A stretch of DNA of 63,778 nt, filler included, from Chrysochromulina tobinii (taxonomy: Eukaryota): assembly GCA_001275005.1 (NCBI GenBank). It is 8 parts of 8 records of this genome, joined end to end, with 100 filler letters (N's around TTAATTAATTAA, not from the genome) between each part and the next. Parts side by side here need not be neighbours in the genome. Positions count along the whole stretch, not along the records: positions 33,711 to 38,119 come from JWZX01001208.1; positions 38,220 to 44,077 come from JWZX01001210.1; positions 44,178 to 56,695 come from JWZX01001211.1; 5 more parts are not named here. One strand, written 5' to 3'. Both the position numbers and the translations under genes were made by a program. The notes below the pieces were generated by a model. It did no database searches. It had not been told where the DNA came from and was given only the letters and a program-made list of their open reading frames with translations. This document shows positions 33,711 through 46,393 of the stretch, one piece after another; the first letter of the stretch is position 1; the number at the start of each line of letters is the position of its first letter.

Positions 33711-36700
33711 GCCGCCCTCGCCCTCGCCGCCGCCGCCCTCGCCCTCGCCGCCGCCCTTGCCCCCGTCCGTCGGGGCCGTCATGTTTGCCGTCGCCGTCGC
33801 AGCAAGCACCGCCGACTTCACGCCTGCCGTCCGCGTGGCGTTGCGCTCCGTCGTCGCTGCCGGCGCCAACGCACCTCTCGGCACCGTCGTATTGCCAATC
33901 GAGCCGCCCACCGGCAGCGGCGGCCTGCGCTCGCTCCAGACCGGCAGCGGCTCTGTCCAGCTCACCTTCACAATCGGCATCAGCTCGCAAGCGGCCGCGC
34001 TGGCGGTGTGGAATGCCCTCGTGCCACGGCTGACCACCCTGGCGCTCGCAAGCGGCTTCCTCACCACCGCCTCGTACCTTGCGACTGTCACATCGATCGT
34101 CACGCCGCCAACGATACTTTTCATGTATCCGCCGCCCTCGGCGCCGCCTCCACCGCTGCCGCCGCTGCCGCGTGCGGGCTTCAGCCCGCCACATCCCTCA
34201 CCGCCGCCACCTGCGCCACCACCAAGCCCACCGCCAGATCCGCCCCCGCCCAAACCGCCGCCCAACCCGCCGCCTCCATGCCCCCCACCGTCGACTTCTC
34301 CTTCTCCCCCTCCCCCAGAACCGCCACCGTCGCCCGCGCCACCGCCGCCTTCTCCTGCACCACCTGGAGCCGCGCAGGTCTTCATCGCCACGATCTTGCA
34401 AGAGTTTGCCGCTCCCGAAGGCGTGACCTTCGACAGCGTTGCGCTGGCACAAGCACAGGAGCGCATTCGCGCCGCCGTAGGCCTTCTCGCCCAGGAGCTC
34501 GACAAGGGAACGTTCCGAGTGATGCCCTCGCCCCCTTCGTCGCCGCCGCCTTCGCCTCCCACCCCGCCTGCCCCCACGTCCCCTCCGCCGGCTGCCCGGG
34601 CCGACTCGCCTGCCACCACGACCAGAAATGACACAACGGTAGGCCGCCGTTTGGGCCTCGACCAACTCCCGAGCATCACATTTGGCAGCCGCATCGAGCT
34701 CCCGAGCCTCGACAGCCTCTCGAGAAGCTTGCTTCATCTGGTGCTTGCTGTCAATCGGCGCATCCCCTCGTACCATGCGAGCCGCCACCCGAATCTCGTG
34801 CCTTCGTTTTTCGAGCCCGTGACGACGGCGGAGGTCGGCACCACGCCAAACGGCGGCACCACGGTGGAGGCTACGGTGCTCGAAGGGCAGCACAGCCTCC
34901 GTGATCTGCCGCGGTCGACGGAGAGCGCAGGCAGCCGTGATCTGCCGTGGTCTGCGCCAAGGCGGCGGCTGAGCTGGTACTGCATCGCCGCTGTGAATGG
35001 CGAGGTTGGGTCAAACCAATCCGCAGCGAGTGTCACGTTCGTCCAAGTCACCACAGTGGTCACCACCACAGACCAGGGTCGGTTCGCAGCGCTGCTCGCG
35101 ATGCTGGCCATGTCCGCGGCCAATGGCACCGGCACCCACCAGAACGCCATCACCAACGCCGCCGGCCAGTCGCTCACGCAATGTGACAATGCGTGGCTCG
35201 AAGGCACTCAGCGGCAGGTCATCCCTGCACCCGCTCCTCCCCCACCGCGACCCAATGCGGCCCTCGGCGGCTTGCGCCTCGAGGACTTTGTCAATCTCAC
35301 AAACCCAGGCATGGCAGCCCTCGGTGCGCTCATGGCCCAGTCCGCCGGCACCATCCAATCCGCTGTGGGGGCGTCCGTTGGCGTGTCCGCCGCCGCGTCC
35401 GCTGCCGGAGGCGGCGGCCCGTCAGGAGCGGGCAACGCAATGCGAGGGGCACAGCGGCTCGCGTACTACACGAAGCTAGGGCCGCCTAACCCTGATGGTG
35501 ACGATGGCGGCGGCGGCGGCTTCACGACGGGTCGGTTGGGCTTCAGCAAGCGTAGACCTGCGTCACCGCCGCCACCGCCGACGTATCAGGTGGTGATCGG
35601 CTTCGTTGCATCGGAGCCGATTGAGGCCTTCACGAATGCCCGGCTGGCCAACATCTCGACCTCGGTCGCCACCAAATCGGGGTTGGACCCCAGCCAGGTC
35701 ACCACGGTTGCGTATGCCTATGCCGCGTCCACACCGGTTCAGCTCGTGAGCAGGGCGCTCTCTGAAGCGCTCGCCAGCAACGCCAACTCCTCTGAGGGCG
35801 CCGTCGGGCCCGCTCGGGTCGAGATCACCATCGTCACACCGGATTCGTCTGCGAGTGCCGCCGCCGAGGAGTCCTTGAGCGCCTCCGTCTTCGCGGACGC
35901 GAACGCGGCGAGCGAGTTCTTCAATCTTCAGGTGACGACCGCGCCCACCATCGCCGTGGAGACGGTCACTCGGCTCGTCCCCCCAGAAATCAACGCCGGG
36001 CTCACCGCACCGATCAAATCTTCCACCAACCTCATTATCATCGTCGCCATTGTCGTCGGTGGAGGCCTTGGCTTGCTTGCGATCTTGTGCTTCTGCTTCT
36101 ACCGCTACCGTGGCAAGGGCAAGGCCCGCAGGGCCTCGAAACGGGGCGGTTGGAGCCGCGTGAACCCGATCTCCTCGATGCGTTCGCAACCATCGCGCTC
36201 AAAGCCACCGCGCTCACCATCACCAAAGGGAAGCGGCACTGAGATGTCGAGCATCGTAGGAAGCTCGATGCACGTGGTCAACCTCGTGCGCTGGGAAGAC
36301 CTGACTCTGAAAGAGAGTCTCGGGGCGGGCAGCTTTGGCGAGGTGCGTGTGGCCGTGTGGAACTCGACCCCATGCGCCATCAAGAGCCTACGGGCGACGA
36401 CCGCGCCGGCGGCGCTACAAGAGCTCTTGAACGAGTTCGAGCTCACGATGCGCCTGCACCACCCCAATGTGCTCCTCACCATGGGCATCGCACACGACGG
36501 CAACGATGGGAAGACGGGCATTCTGATGGAGCTCATGCCCGCCTCGTTGCTCGATGTGCTGCACCACCACCGGCAGCGCGAGCAGCTCGCCACGTGGGAG
36601 GCATCCCTAGTCCTCATCGCCCTTGATGTGGCCAAGGGCATGGCGTACCTGCATGCGATGGACGTGGTCCATCGCGACCTGAAGCCTGGCAACGTGTTAC

Positions 36701-37422
36701 TCACGGAGCACTGGGTCGCCAAGGTGGCTGACTTTGGCACCGCACTCACCAAGTACGCCGGGCAGGCCGAGGGACCCGCGGGCACGCCGCCCTACATGGC
36801 TCCCGAGGCCTTTGCGCTCACAGTGAGCGCAAAAGCCAAGCCCACCGACGTGTGGAGCTTCGGATGCCTGCTCACACACATGGGGACGCGGTCTGTACCG
36901 TTCAGCCATGTGCCACTGCCCGTCGGAATGTCTCCAAAGGACGCTATGCATGCGCTCATGGCGATCATTGTCGGAGGTGAAGCCACCCCGCTCGACCAGC
37001 TGCGCAACGTGGCCGGCTGCCCACCTAGCATCCTCGCGCTTACCACCCGGTGCATTCAGACCGATCCTATTCAACGGCCCACGTTCGCTTCTATCGTGGA
37101 CGAGCTCCAGCGCATCAAGGGCAGTGTGCGTGCATCGCGCCCCTCGACTCCTCTGCGTCGAACTCATGCTATTCGACTGACGGGCGCAGCTGCGGCGCCA
37201 ACCTTTATCTCGGCAACCTTCTGTACCTCAGCCGATCCCTCGGCGACCTCCTGTGCTCCATTGGATCCAACCTACAGCTCAGCTCCAACCTACAGCTTGG
37301 CTCCACCCTATAGCTCGGCGACATTACCGGAGGGCCATGCCTCAATGATCGAGGGGTTGATCGGCTCTGCGCGCGCTGCCCTGCTCACTTTCCAGGCCGA
37401 TAACAGCCGCTTGCATGCATAG
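33711..37422 (+). CDS. Receptor-like TKL-group protein kinase with Pro-rich ectodomain and single TM helix; 5'-truncated by the gap
   Basis: TM LIIIVAIVVGGGLGLLAILCFCF; LGAGSFGEV, AIK, HRDLKPGN, DFG, GTPPYMAPE, DVWSFG. Confidence 0.92.
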
Positions 37423-38119
37423 AATGATGCATGCATACTCTGAGGAAGGGGCAAGAAGCCCTCAGACGTTCGGGGGGGACCAAGTGTGAACCTGGTCGCA
37501 ACCTGTGACGTGCGTGCGCTCCGCGCGTCACAGGTTCTCTCGAAATGGGAATCCCGGGGGGGACTACGGGCCGTTGTAGGGGCGTAATGTTCACGGATGT
37601 GGAGCACGCACATGCCGGGGCGAGGAGGTTGGATCTGGGCACTGCCACTGGGCGCGTGGGATTCGATCTCGTGGCCACGTCAGCCCGCGCAGAGTTATGA
37701 AACATGACGTGAGACTGAGAGCGGGCGGGCGGACACGCAGATGGCATGTGGGGGCGGCAGCGGGGACACGACTGACCACCCATTGGAGTGCAGTACGTGA
37801 CTCCTGACTCGTGAGAAAGGATTTCTTGACAAACATGATGGGTCAGGGATCGCTCGTGTGTCGACGGTGTCGGACCGGATTGTGTGGAGAAGTGGCGTCG
37901 ATCACGATGATTCAATTGTGCTGGCCAGATCAAGTACAACAGTGCGTAGGAACACAGAAGTTTAAAGGAACACTCCCCTGCCCGGTGGGTTCTAGCGCTT
38001 GCGCTAGATTGGTTGTCTTCCAGAGCGAACTAACGTTAAGGGCGGCAGGCGCAACACCTCGACCCGTACTGTCGAGCCCGGAGCGCCGGCGGGCGGGTGA
38101 AACTATAACATGCGTGCAA

Positions 38120-38219
38120 NNNNNNNNNNNNNNNNNNNNNNNNNNNNNNNNNNNNNNNNNNNNTTAATTAATTAANNNNNNNNNNNNNNNNNNNNNNNNN
38201 NNNNNNNNNNNNNNNNNNN
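38120..38219. other. Artificial contig spacer
   Basis: N44-TTAATTAATTAA-N44. Confidence 0.98.
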
Positions 38220-38265
<46 letters not shown>

Positions 38266-38731
38266 TTTGTCGCACGAGGAGATGCTGGAGTCCGATGCGT
38301 TCTGGGCTAGTAACTTCGGAATTCGAGACTTGCATCGAGGTCGACGCCAGCGGGGCAACGGCGACGGCACAAAAAAACGTGGCAAGAGGACACACGCGGG
38401 CGGTGCGGGCGACGGCGGTGCGGGCGGCGGAGGGGGTGAGGTTTGTTTTGGTGATAGCGAGAGTGAGTAGTCCCGAGCAATACAATCAGGCGCGCTGTTC
38501 GCATTCGATTCACAGGATACGACATACGTGTGTCGTGTCGTAAAGGTGGTGTCGTGGTGACTTCGGATGATAGAGTTCGGATCGTAACAAGCTTGTCGAA
38601 AAAGTAACCATGCGAAAAACGCTCTAGTTTTAAGTTTACGGACTTGCTAGGTAACCGAAAAAGCAAAAACGCTCTACTTGTTACGGCCTTAGCTGCGAGT
38701 CGGTAAACCGGTTCCGGGACGTCCCGGTCGC

Positions 38732-40804
38732 ATGCACGTAGAGTTACGTCAAGCCGTTAGCCAGAGTCGAGAGCGTTTACTTACCGGTCCGCGTGTCGAT
38801 CTCGAGCTACGCGAGCACCGGGCGCTGGTGGAGGCGTGGTTCGAACGCGAAGGCGCGGACCTCGAGGCGGCCACGACGGCGCTGCAGCTGGCGCTCAGTA
38901 CGTGGCCCCCGTGCGTTGGTTCCTCCTATAACGTCGCCGGTGAGCTGCTGGCTGCGGCGCGACCGGCTGCACAGCAACGCCTGGCACAAAGTGCTGAGGT
39001 GCCTGCCGATTGCGGACGCCTCCGCGGCCACGCCCCTGCTGTCCGACCCCTCCCCCCCAGCCTGCGGCGCCCGCCCCCCCAGCGGCTACTCGCCCCGCTC
39101 CGGTCGCGGGGAGCCATTCCGCTGCGAAGCGTGCATCATCGGAGCAGTCGTCTGGCCGGCATGATTGTGCAATGGCCCGCTTGAAACCCCCCCGCTCCAC
39201 GTCGCGTCCGTGCAAATCAGGGAGGGGGACAGGCACACCGTGCTCGCTCTCCGTCCCTGCCACGAGTGCCAGTCCGCTGCACGGCGCTGCGTCCAGAGCA
39301 ACCGACGTGCGCAGCCATAGCGAGCACGCCGCCAGCGGCTGCGCCTCCCTGCAGGCGGCAAGCTCTCGCACGCGCTCGTCGTCACTCCAGCTTGCAGCAG
39401 CATGCGCCCATCGCGTCGTTACCAGTTCGGCCGTCGGTGGACGCAATCTGCGCGACGCGACGCCGTCCACGTGGACAGCAAGAGCCAAGCTCGTCAAGCC
39501 CTGGAGGAGCTCAAAATCGCACTGCGACAGAGTGCTGTTTCACACATTCTTTTGCCAAATGGTGCCAAACTGGATCGGGCACAGGAGGCGATCGCTAACT
39601 GCTGCGAAGCCGCCGCTTTTGGCTTGGCTGCAGAAGAGGTACACTTACAGTCATTTTGCCGCGCCGGATCGGCCGGCGGAATGATGGACGCGGACACGCT
39701 GGTGGCGCGCCTGGCTTGCCATCCCGACATTGCGTGCATTGCCTCTGGCGAATGGGGAGAGCAATCTGATTTGATTGCACCATCAAACTATAGCGACGGG
39801 GTGAGCACGCTCGCCCTTCGCTACTTTGCTGGTGAGCGAGCGCGCGCACGCAAGCGGCGGAGTGTCGGCGCGGGCGACGCCTCCTCCACGATGAGGCAGG
39901 ATGGGCAAAATCAGCCCCGCCTCGTGCGAATCGGACAGCCCATCCGAGGGGTGGAGCTCGATGCCGAGGCCCTGAAAGCCCTGGCGCTCGAGGTCCAGTA
40001 CATGAGGGCCATTAGGGTGCCGCAGCAGCGTGAGGCGGCATTATGCCTGCTGACGCTTGTGTCGCTCGGGTGGGGAGGGAGGCCATTGAACTCCAACCAA
40101 GGGAGCAACCCCCTGTGGAACGCGGAGCTCACTTGGCGGCGCGTCTGCTACGAAAGCCAAGATTTGAACGAGGCGGCGTTGTACTTTGCGCGAGGAACAC
40201 GTGCGTCGTGCGTCTGCCAGGCCCTTGCTGTCCATGTGGACGGCGTCGCGTCGCGCAGATTGCGTCCGCCGACGGCCGAACTGGTAACGACGCGATGGGC
40301 GCATGCTGCTGCACGCTGGAGTGACGACGTTTAAGCGTGCGAGAGCTTGCCGCCTGCAGGGAGGCGCAGCCGCTGGCGGCGTGCTCGCTATGGCTGCGCA
40401 CGTCGGTCGCTCTGGACGCAGCGCCGTGCAGCGGACTGGCACTCGTGGCAGGGACGGAGAGCGAGCACGGTGTGCCTGTCCCCCTCCCTGATTCGCACGG
40501 ACGCGACGTGGAGCGGGGGGGTTTCACGCGGGCCATTGCACAATCATGCCGGCCAGACGACTGCTCCGATGATGCACGCTTCGCAGCGGAATGGCTCCCC
40601 GCGACCGGAGCGGGGCGAGTAGCCGCTGGGGGGGCGGGCGCCGCAGGCCGGGTCGGACAGCAGGGGCGTGGCCGCGGAGGCGTCCGCAATCGGCAGGCAC
40701 CTCAGCACTTTGTGCCAGGCGTTGCTGTGCAGCCGGTCGCGCCGCAGCCAGCAGCCCACCGGCGACGTTATAGGAGGAACCAACGCACGGGGGCCACGTA
40801 CTGA
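38732..40804 (+). pseudogene. Disrupted hypothetical gene containing an inverted copy of its own 3' end
   Basis: Coding-like pieces 38732-38895, 39485-40334 and 40337-40804 (frameshift near 40330); no family recognised. Confidence 0.45.
38895..40804. repeat. Long inverted repeat: ~590-bp arms (38895-39485 and 40220-40804) with ~735-bp spacer
   Basis: ORF 38895..39497(-) and 40220..40804(+) encode near-identical peptides ending RRNQRTGATY. Confidence 0.92.
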
Positions 40805-42455
40805 AAGTACCTGCAGAGCTTGACTCTACTTTTTATGCATTAGGACGCGCTGCACGTTCTACAAATATCAGTTACGCATTTGACTTTTGAGCTGCTGCAC
40901 TCCGAGCCAGCCGGGCTTAGATTGAGCTTAGATTGAGGCGTGTCGCGTTGACCACAGCGAGACCGAACCGACACGAATAGGACACACCGCCGCTGAAATT
41001 GGCCCCTCGGATGACGACCACGTTGCCGCCAAACGCTGGTCCGGAAGGCTGGCTCGACAATCTCGAGCCGTGGGGCCATCGCATACGGAAAGTAGCTTGC
41101 CGCTGGAGTTGGGCCGCGGCTTGCGCGGCTAAAGTCCTGATCGTTCAGTGAGACGCCGACCGCCACCGGTGCCGCCGCCACGGAGGCGTTGTAGTGGGTG
41201 GTGGAGAGCACGCAACGTAATGCGTGCGTTTCATTCCACGGCTGCATCGCCGCACGCAAGGGAGGCTCTGGCTGCGCGAGATCGATCGCGGCGCTCGCCA
41301 CGAGCGCAAACTGCTCCGAGCTCGCATTATGTGAGCTCGCGTTGAGCTGGGCAGCGAACGAGCCGAGCGCCATGTTGAGCGCGGCATGCACGGCCGCGTC
41401 GTTGCTGTTATTGTACGCGAGGTCATGCTGGGGGGGGGGGGGGGGGGGCAAAAAAAAAACGCACTCGTGGCAGGGACGGAGAGCGAGCACGGTGTGCCTG
41501 TCCCCCTCCCTGATTCGCACGGACGCGACGTGGAGCGGGGGGGGTTCACGCGGGCCATTGCACAATCGTGCCGGCCAGACGACTGCTCCGATGATGCACG
41601 CTTCGCAGCGGAATGAGCCTCCCCGCGACCGGAGCGGGGCGAGTAGCCGCTGGGGGGGCGGGCGCCGCAGGCCGGGTCGGACAGCAGGGGCGTGGCCGCG
41701 GAGGCGTCCGCAATCGGCAGGCACCTCAGCACTTTGTGCCAGGCGTTGCTGTGCAGCCGGTCGCGCCGCAGCCAGCAGCCCACCGGCGACGTTATAGGAG
41801 GAACCAACGCACGGGGGCCACGTACTGAAAGTACCTGCAGAGCTTGACTCTACTTTTTATGCATTAGGACGCGCTGCACGTTCTACAAATATCAGTTACG
41901 CATTTGACTTTTGAGCTGCTGCACTCCGAGCCAGCCGGGCTTAGATTGAGCTTAGATTGAGGCGTGTCGCGTTGACCACAGCGAGACCGAACCGACACGA
42001 ATAGGACACACCGCCGCTGAAATTGGCCCCTCGGATGACGACCACGTTGCCGCCAAACGCTGGTCCGGAAGGCTGGCTCGACAATCTCGAGCCGTGGGGC
42101 CATCGCATACGGAAAGTAGCTTGCCGCTGGAGTTGGGCCGCGGCTTGCGCGGCTAAAGTCCTGATCGTTCAGTGAGACGCCGACCGCCACCGGTGCCGCC
42201 GCCACGGAGGCGTTGTAGTGGGTGGTGGAGAGCACGCAACGTAATGCGTGCGTTTCATTCCACGGCTGCATCGCCGCACGCAAGGGAGGCTCTGGCTGCG
42301 CGAGATCGATCGCGGCGCTCGCCACGAGCGCAAACTGCTCCGAGCTCGCATTATGTGAGCTCGCGTTGAGCTGGGCAGCGAACGAGCCGAGCGCCATGTT
42401 GAGCGCGGCATGCACGGCCGCGTCGTTGCTGTTATTGTACGCGAGGTCATGCTGG
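40439..42455. repeat. Tandem duplication with ~1022-1024 nt period; junction is a poly-G / poly-A tract (41430-41460)
   Basis: 40439-41430 nearly identical to 41461-42455. Confidence 0.9.
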
Positions 42456-43930
42456 GGGGGGGGGGTGTGGTGCACCTGACCGAGCCGTCGGCTGGGACGT
42501 CGCTGGCGACCACTCGGTGCTGGCCGAGGCGGCACCGGTAGGCGTGTCGCTCTCCATAGTGCAGATGCAAGCCGCGCACCGCGATCAGCGTGCCACCGAG
42601 CGCAGGGCCTTCCGATGGCTCAATGCTCTCGATGATCGCGGGCGGGTGCATCAAGAAGATCGGAGTCGCCGGCGCGAGCCCGCGAGCCCGCCGCTAAACT
42701 GCTGCCCATTCAGCGAGACTGCGACCGGCAGCATCGCGGCCCCGGCGCCGGTAGTAAAAGGGAGCACGGGCGCATAGCATGCAATCCGTGCCACAGGGGC
42801 CGCCGCAAAGTCGGCTCTGGGCGCAAGGTACGTGGCGTGGACGCGCGTGCCGCCGAAATTGCATCGTGGATCGAGGTGAATCACACCGACGAGCGACGCG
42901 AAGGTGCCCAGCCGATGCGCCTCAACGAGCACGAGCGGAGCGTCTGCCATCCGCTCGTCTGCCATCGGGCCTGAAGCCGGCACGAGCGAGTGCACCACGG
43001 GGGGCGTGTAAAAGTCGTAGCGCGTGGGCGCCGAGAGGAAGACCCCCTCGGGCTGCCCTGCCGTGCCCGGATTGAGCGCCACGCTGAGGTTCGCGGCAGT
43101 ATGAGTCACCACCGAGGCGGACCACATCGCAAAATGGCCGACCCACGCGGTCGCGTCGGGCGCGCCGCCAGCGTCGGCCTCGTTGGCCTCGTGCGCTGGC
43201 CACGTGCTCAAGCCCATCACCCACTCAACGGAGTGGTGCCACTGATGGTCCTCGAGCTCGTGCGCCCATGCCCGGCCCGCATACTCGACGCTCAACCGTA
43301 CCAAGCCGTCCCCACCACCTCCGAGCTGCTCGACGCTCACATGCACGGGAGCCCACGACATCGATCCGAGGCTTCGGCTGAGCGGCGACTCGAAGAGCAA
43401 CTGGCCGTTGGCACGCCCGTCAGGCTGCAGTTGTCGCGGCTGCCGGGATCGTTGCTCGCGCCGCCGAGAGCCTCGGAGCAGCGCGCGGGTGCAATGTGGA
43501 AGAGGACACACAGCCCATGCAGCGCGCACGAGCCCCGGCCTACAATCGTGGGCGTGCTCGCGTTGGCAAGAAAGGGCGAGTCGCCATAGCTGAAGCAGAT
43601 GCCGCTCTCCGAGCTGCCGCCGAGCAGGATGGAGAAGTCGGCCCGGAATAGCTCGGAGCTCGGCTGCATCGTGGTGGTCGAGTGCCAGCTGCCCGATGCA
43701 TGCGTAACGGTATTGGCAGCGGAGGTATTCGTCGCCGCGCGGGGCGAGCGCAGCTCGAGGCGGCCGTTGGAGAGGCGGGCGGCGCCGCGCAGTCGGCTGC
43801 CGGCGGGGATCTCGTCAAAGGAGGTGCGCTGCTCGAGGTACACCCCCAAGTCGAAGAGCGAAGGAACGACGCACATCAGCAGGGTCTCGTCGATGCTCAT
43901 GTCCGTGAAGACGAGCGACGCATTGGAGGG
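41864..43930 (-). pseudogene. Frameshifted IPT/TIG-domain surface protein with possible lectin-like region (pseudogene or sequencing errors)
   Basis: PPVVHSLVPASGP, VAVSLNGQQFS, IESIEPSEGPALGGTLIAVRG, VGVSLNDQDFS are spread over four overlapping ORFs in different frames. Confidence 0.65.
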
Positions 43931-44077
43931 GAGGGGGGCATTGTGTGGTCCCTGCGCAGATGCATTCGCAGGCAGAGGGCGGCAGAGAAGGCGGCAGAGA
44001 CGGTGGCGGAGGCAGCGGCGGTGGTGATGGCGGTGGCCGTGGCGGTGATGGTGGAGACGGCGGTGGCGGTGATGGTG

Positions 44078-44177
44078 NNNNNNNNNNNNNNNNNNNNNNN
44101 NNNNNNNNNNNNNNNNNNNNNTTAATTAATTAANNNNNNNNNNNNNNNNNNNNNNNNNNNNNNNNNNNNNNNNNNNN
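44078..44177. other. Artificial contig spacer
   Basis: N44-TTAATTAATTAA-N44. Confidence 0.98.
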
Positions 44178-44792
44178 CGCCCACTCACCGCCGCTCAGCA
44201 CGAGCTGCAGCGAGTGTGAGCGCGCACGCAGCTCGCTCACGCTGACGAAACCGCCCACGAGATTGCTGAGCACGCTCACGCGTGGCACGCTCACATCAAG
44301 CGTCAGGTTCGCATACGGAGGGTTGGCCGTGAGGTTGTTCTCGGTCGCCCAGAACGGCGCACCGATGGAGACCGCGTCCGTGAAGCGCACGTCGAAGGCT
44401 GGGTACCACCCGGTGCCGTCGATGCCAACGAGGTGCAGCCGCAGCATCGAGTTGCTCACGCGCTCCACGTGCTCGGGTGACAGGTACGGCGCGACCGTGG
44501 CGAGCCAGCTGTGCGGCTGTTCGGCACTGCCGACCACCTCGCGAGCGAGCCACTCCGCCGTCGCGCCGAGATCGATGCCCAGGCGGGGCGCCCAAGCACG
44601 CTCTTCGCGTTCGAGGATAAGCGTGAAGCCCGTGAGCGTCAGGTTGACGTGCTTCACGTGCCGCGCTCGCAGCTCCTCTTCTGACATTGATGGCGGCGAT
44701 ATGATTAGGACTGGCGGTGACGGCGGCACAAGTTGGCCGCGAGCTCCGCCGGCCGCCAGTGCCAGCAGCAGCTGCAGCAGCGGCCGCTGCAT
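44178..44792 (-). CDS. Hypothetical secreted protein, 3'-truncated by the gap
   Basis: MQRPLLQLLLALAAGGARG signal-peptide-like start, open to the gap. Confidence 0.6.
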
Positions 44793-44835
44793 TCTGGTTG
44801 GGCTGCCAACGCAGCGGCTGCTGCAGCGCTGCCGA

Positions 44836-44950
44836 CTACTCTGGTGGCTGCTGCTGCTGCTGCTGACGCTGCTGACGCTGCTGACGCTGCTGACGCTGCT
44901 GACGCTGCTGCTGCTGCTGCTGCTGCTGCTGACGCTGCTGACGCTGCTGA

Positions 44951-45006
<56 letters not shown>

Positions 45007-45972
45007 AGCCCGCTGGGCATACCTCGGGGTTCGGTTCGCCTCGGGGTCCATGCCGCCAACAACCACGTCGCCTCCGACGTGGGCGCTCCGGTACGCGCCA
45101 GGCCGCAGTACCGCGTGCGGCACGACCGAGGCGGTGATGGGGAAGGCGATCGGTCCGGTATTGAGGATGCGCACGACACTGCCGTAGCCAGGCGTCTCGA
45201 GGAAGCAGAAGAAGGGCCGGTCGCTGCCGTCGTCCGTGTATAACTCGATGACCTCGCGGTTGTTGTCGGGTCCCTGGATCAGTTCGATGCGAGCGTTGAG
45301 GGGCATGCCCTCGCTCTTGAGGAGAACCTGGACGCTCTCCACGCTCGGATCGAAATGGTACGAGACGGTGGCACCTCCCTGGAGAGTCTTGGCGGAGGCG
45401 AGGCACTCGACCGAAGGGTTCGCCACCGTGTTCGCCACCACCTGCGCATCGAATGGGAACTCCATCTGCCCTACGTTCCGAATGGCCACTGTGGTCGGGC
45501 TGCGTGGCGTCGCGAGGACCGCGGTGAAGGGACGCAGTCGGCCATTCTCAATCCACACGCGCATCTTGCACGGGATGTTTCCTGAGCCTTGCCAGAGCTC
45601 CACGCTCGCATCGAGCGGACGGCCCGCGGTCGTGAGCATCACCTGCACCTGCTCAACGGACGGTGAGCGGTAGCTCCACGTACGGAGCGAGCCACCCTGC
45701 ACGGCGATGATCGGCGCCGGGTTCGCCGCAGGGGCTGGCGAATTCGAAGGGGCTGGGGATGAGGTTGGGGCTACAACGCCGCGAACCCGAGCAGCCCCAA
45801 GAGCCCCATCTCTCGCCGGCGCCCTGTCTCTCGTCGGCGCCGCGTCTCTCGTTGGCTCCTGATGGTGCAGCTGCATCACCGGCACCGTCCGAAGCATCGT
45901 TGCCGGCGCAAACCGGACGTATGCCGCGCTTGGGAGCAGCGCGGCGACGACACTGACAAAGAAAGTCCACAT
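44836..45972 (-). CDS. Signal-peptide protein with two internal ~100-aa homologous repeats and poly-Q tail (resembles an uncharacterised algal family)
   Basis: QGG..VQVxL..GxPLxAxxELxQG..RPF..LxTP..IxN..FP occurs twice. Confidence 0.8.
44846..45006. repeat. CTG/CAG microsatellite interrupted by ACG
   Basis: Directly visible. Confidence 0.95.
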
Positions 45973-46393
45973 GGAAGATTCTCACGAGCGAACTGACGAA
46001 GCCGGAATCGTAAGTTGCCGTGACGCATTCAGTGGTCGCGCAGTGGGAAAGCGGGCTCGGGCTAAGGTGCCGAGACCGCCCTGGTCGAAACGCTGCACCC
46101 ACACTCGCGCGAAACCCGTTTGCTGACATCTAAAGGTGTCTGCATGCCTGGCGTCTGCATGGCGTCTGCGCAGTCTGCGGTCTGGCGTCAGAGCACATTT
46201 ACAATCAAGGCGTTTGCAAGGCCGCAGGGCAAGGCACAAGTCTTGTTTATAATTGAGCATTGTGTGATTTTAGTGATTTTTAAGTCATTACTGGGCTGCA
46301 ATACTCCATAGTCGATAGTGGAATAGTAATCTCGCTCCGCCGCATCACCGATCTCCTCACGATCTCCTCCTCGATTCTCTTCAAACGATCGCC

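Noticed and set aside
39402..40334. ORF between the inverted arms as a transposase or TnpB/Fanzor nuclease
   Set aside because: No RuvC, zinc-ribbon or DDE motifs; the arms are copies of coding sequence, not TIRs.
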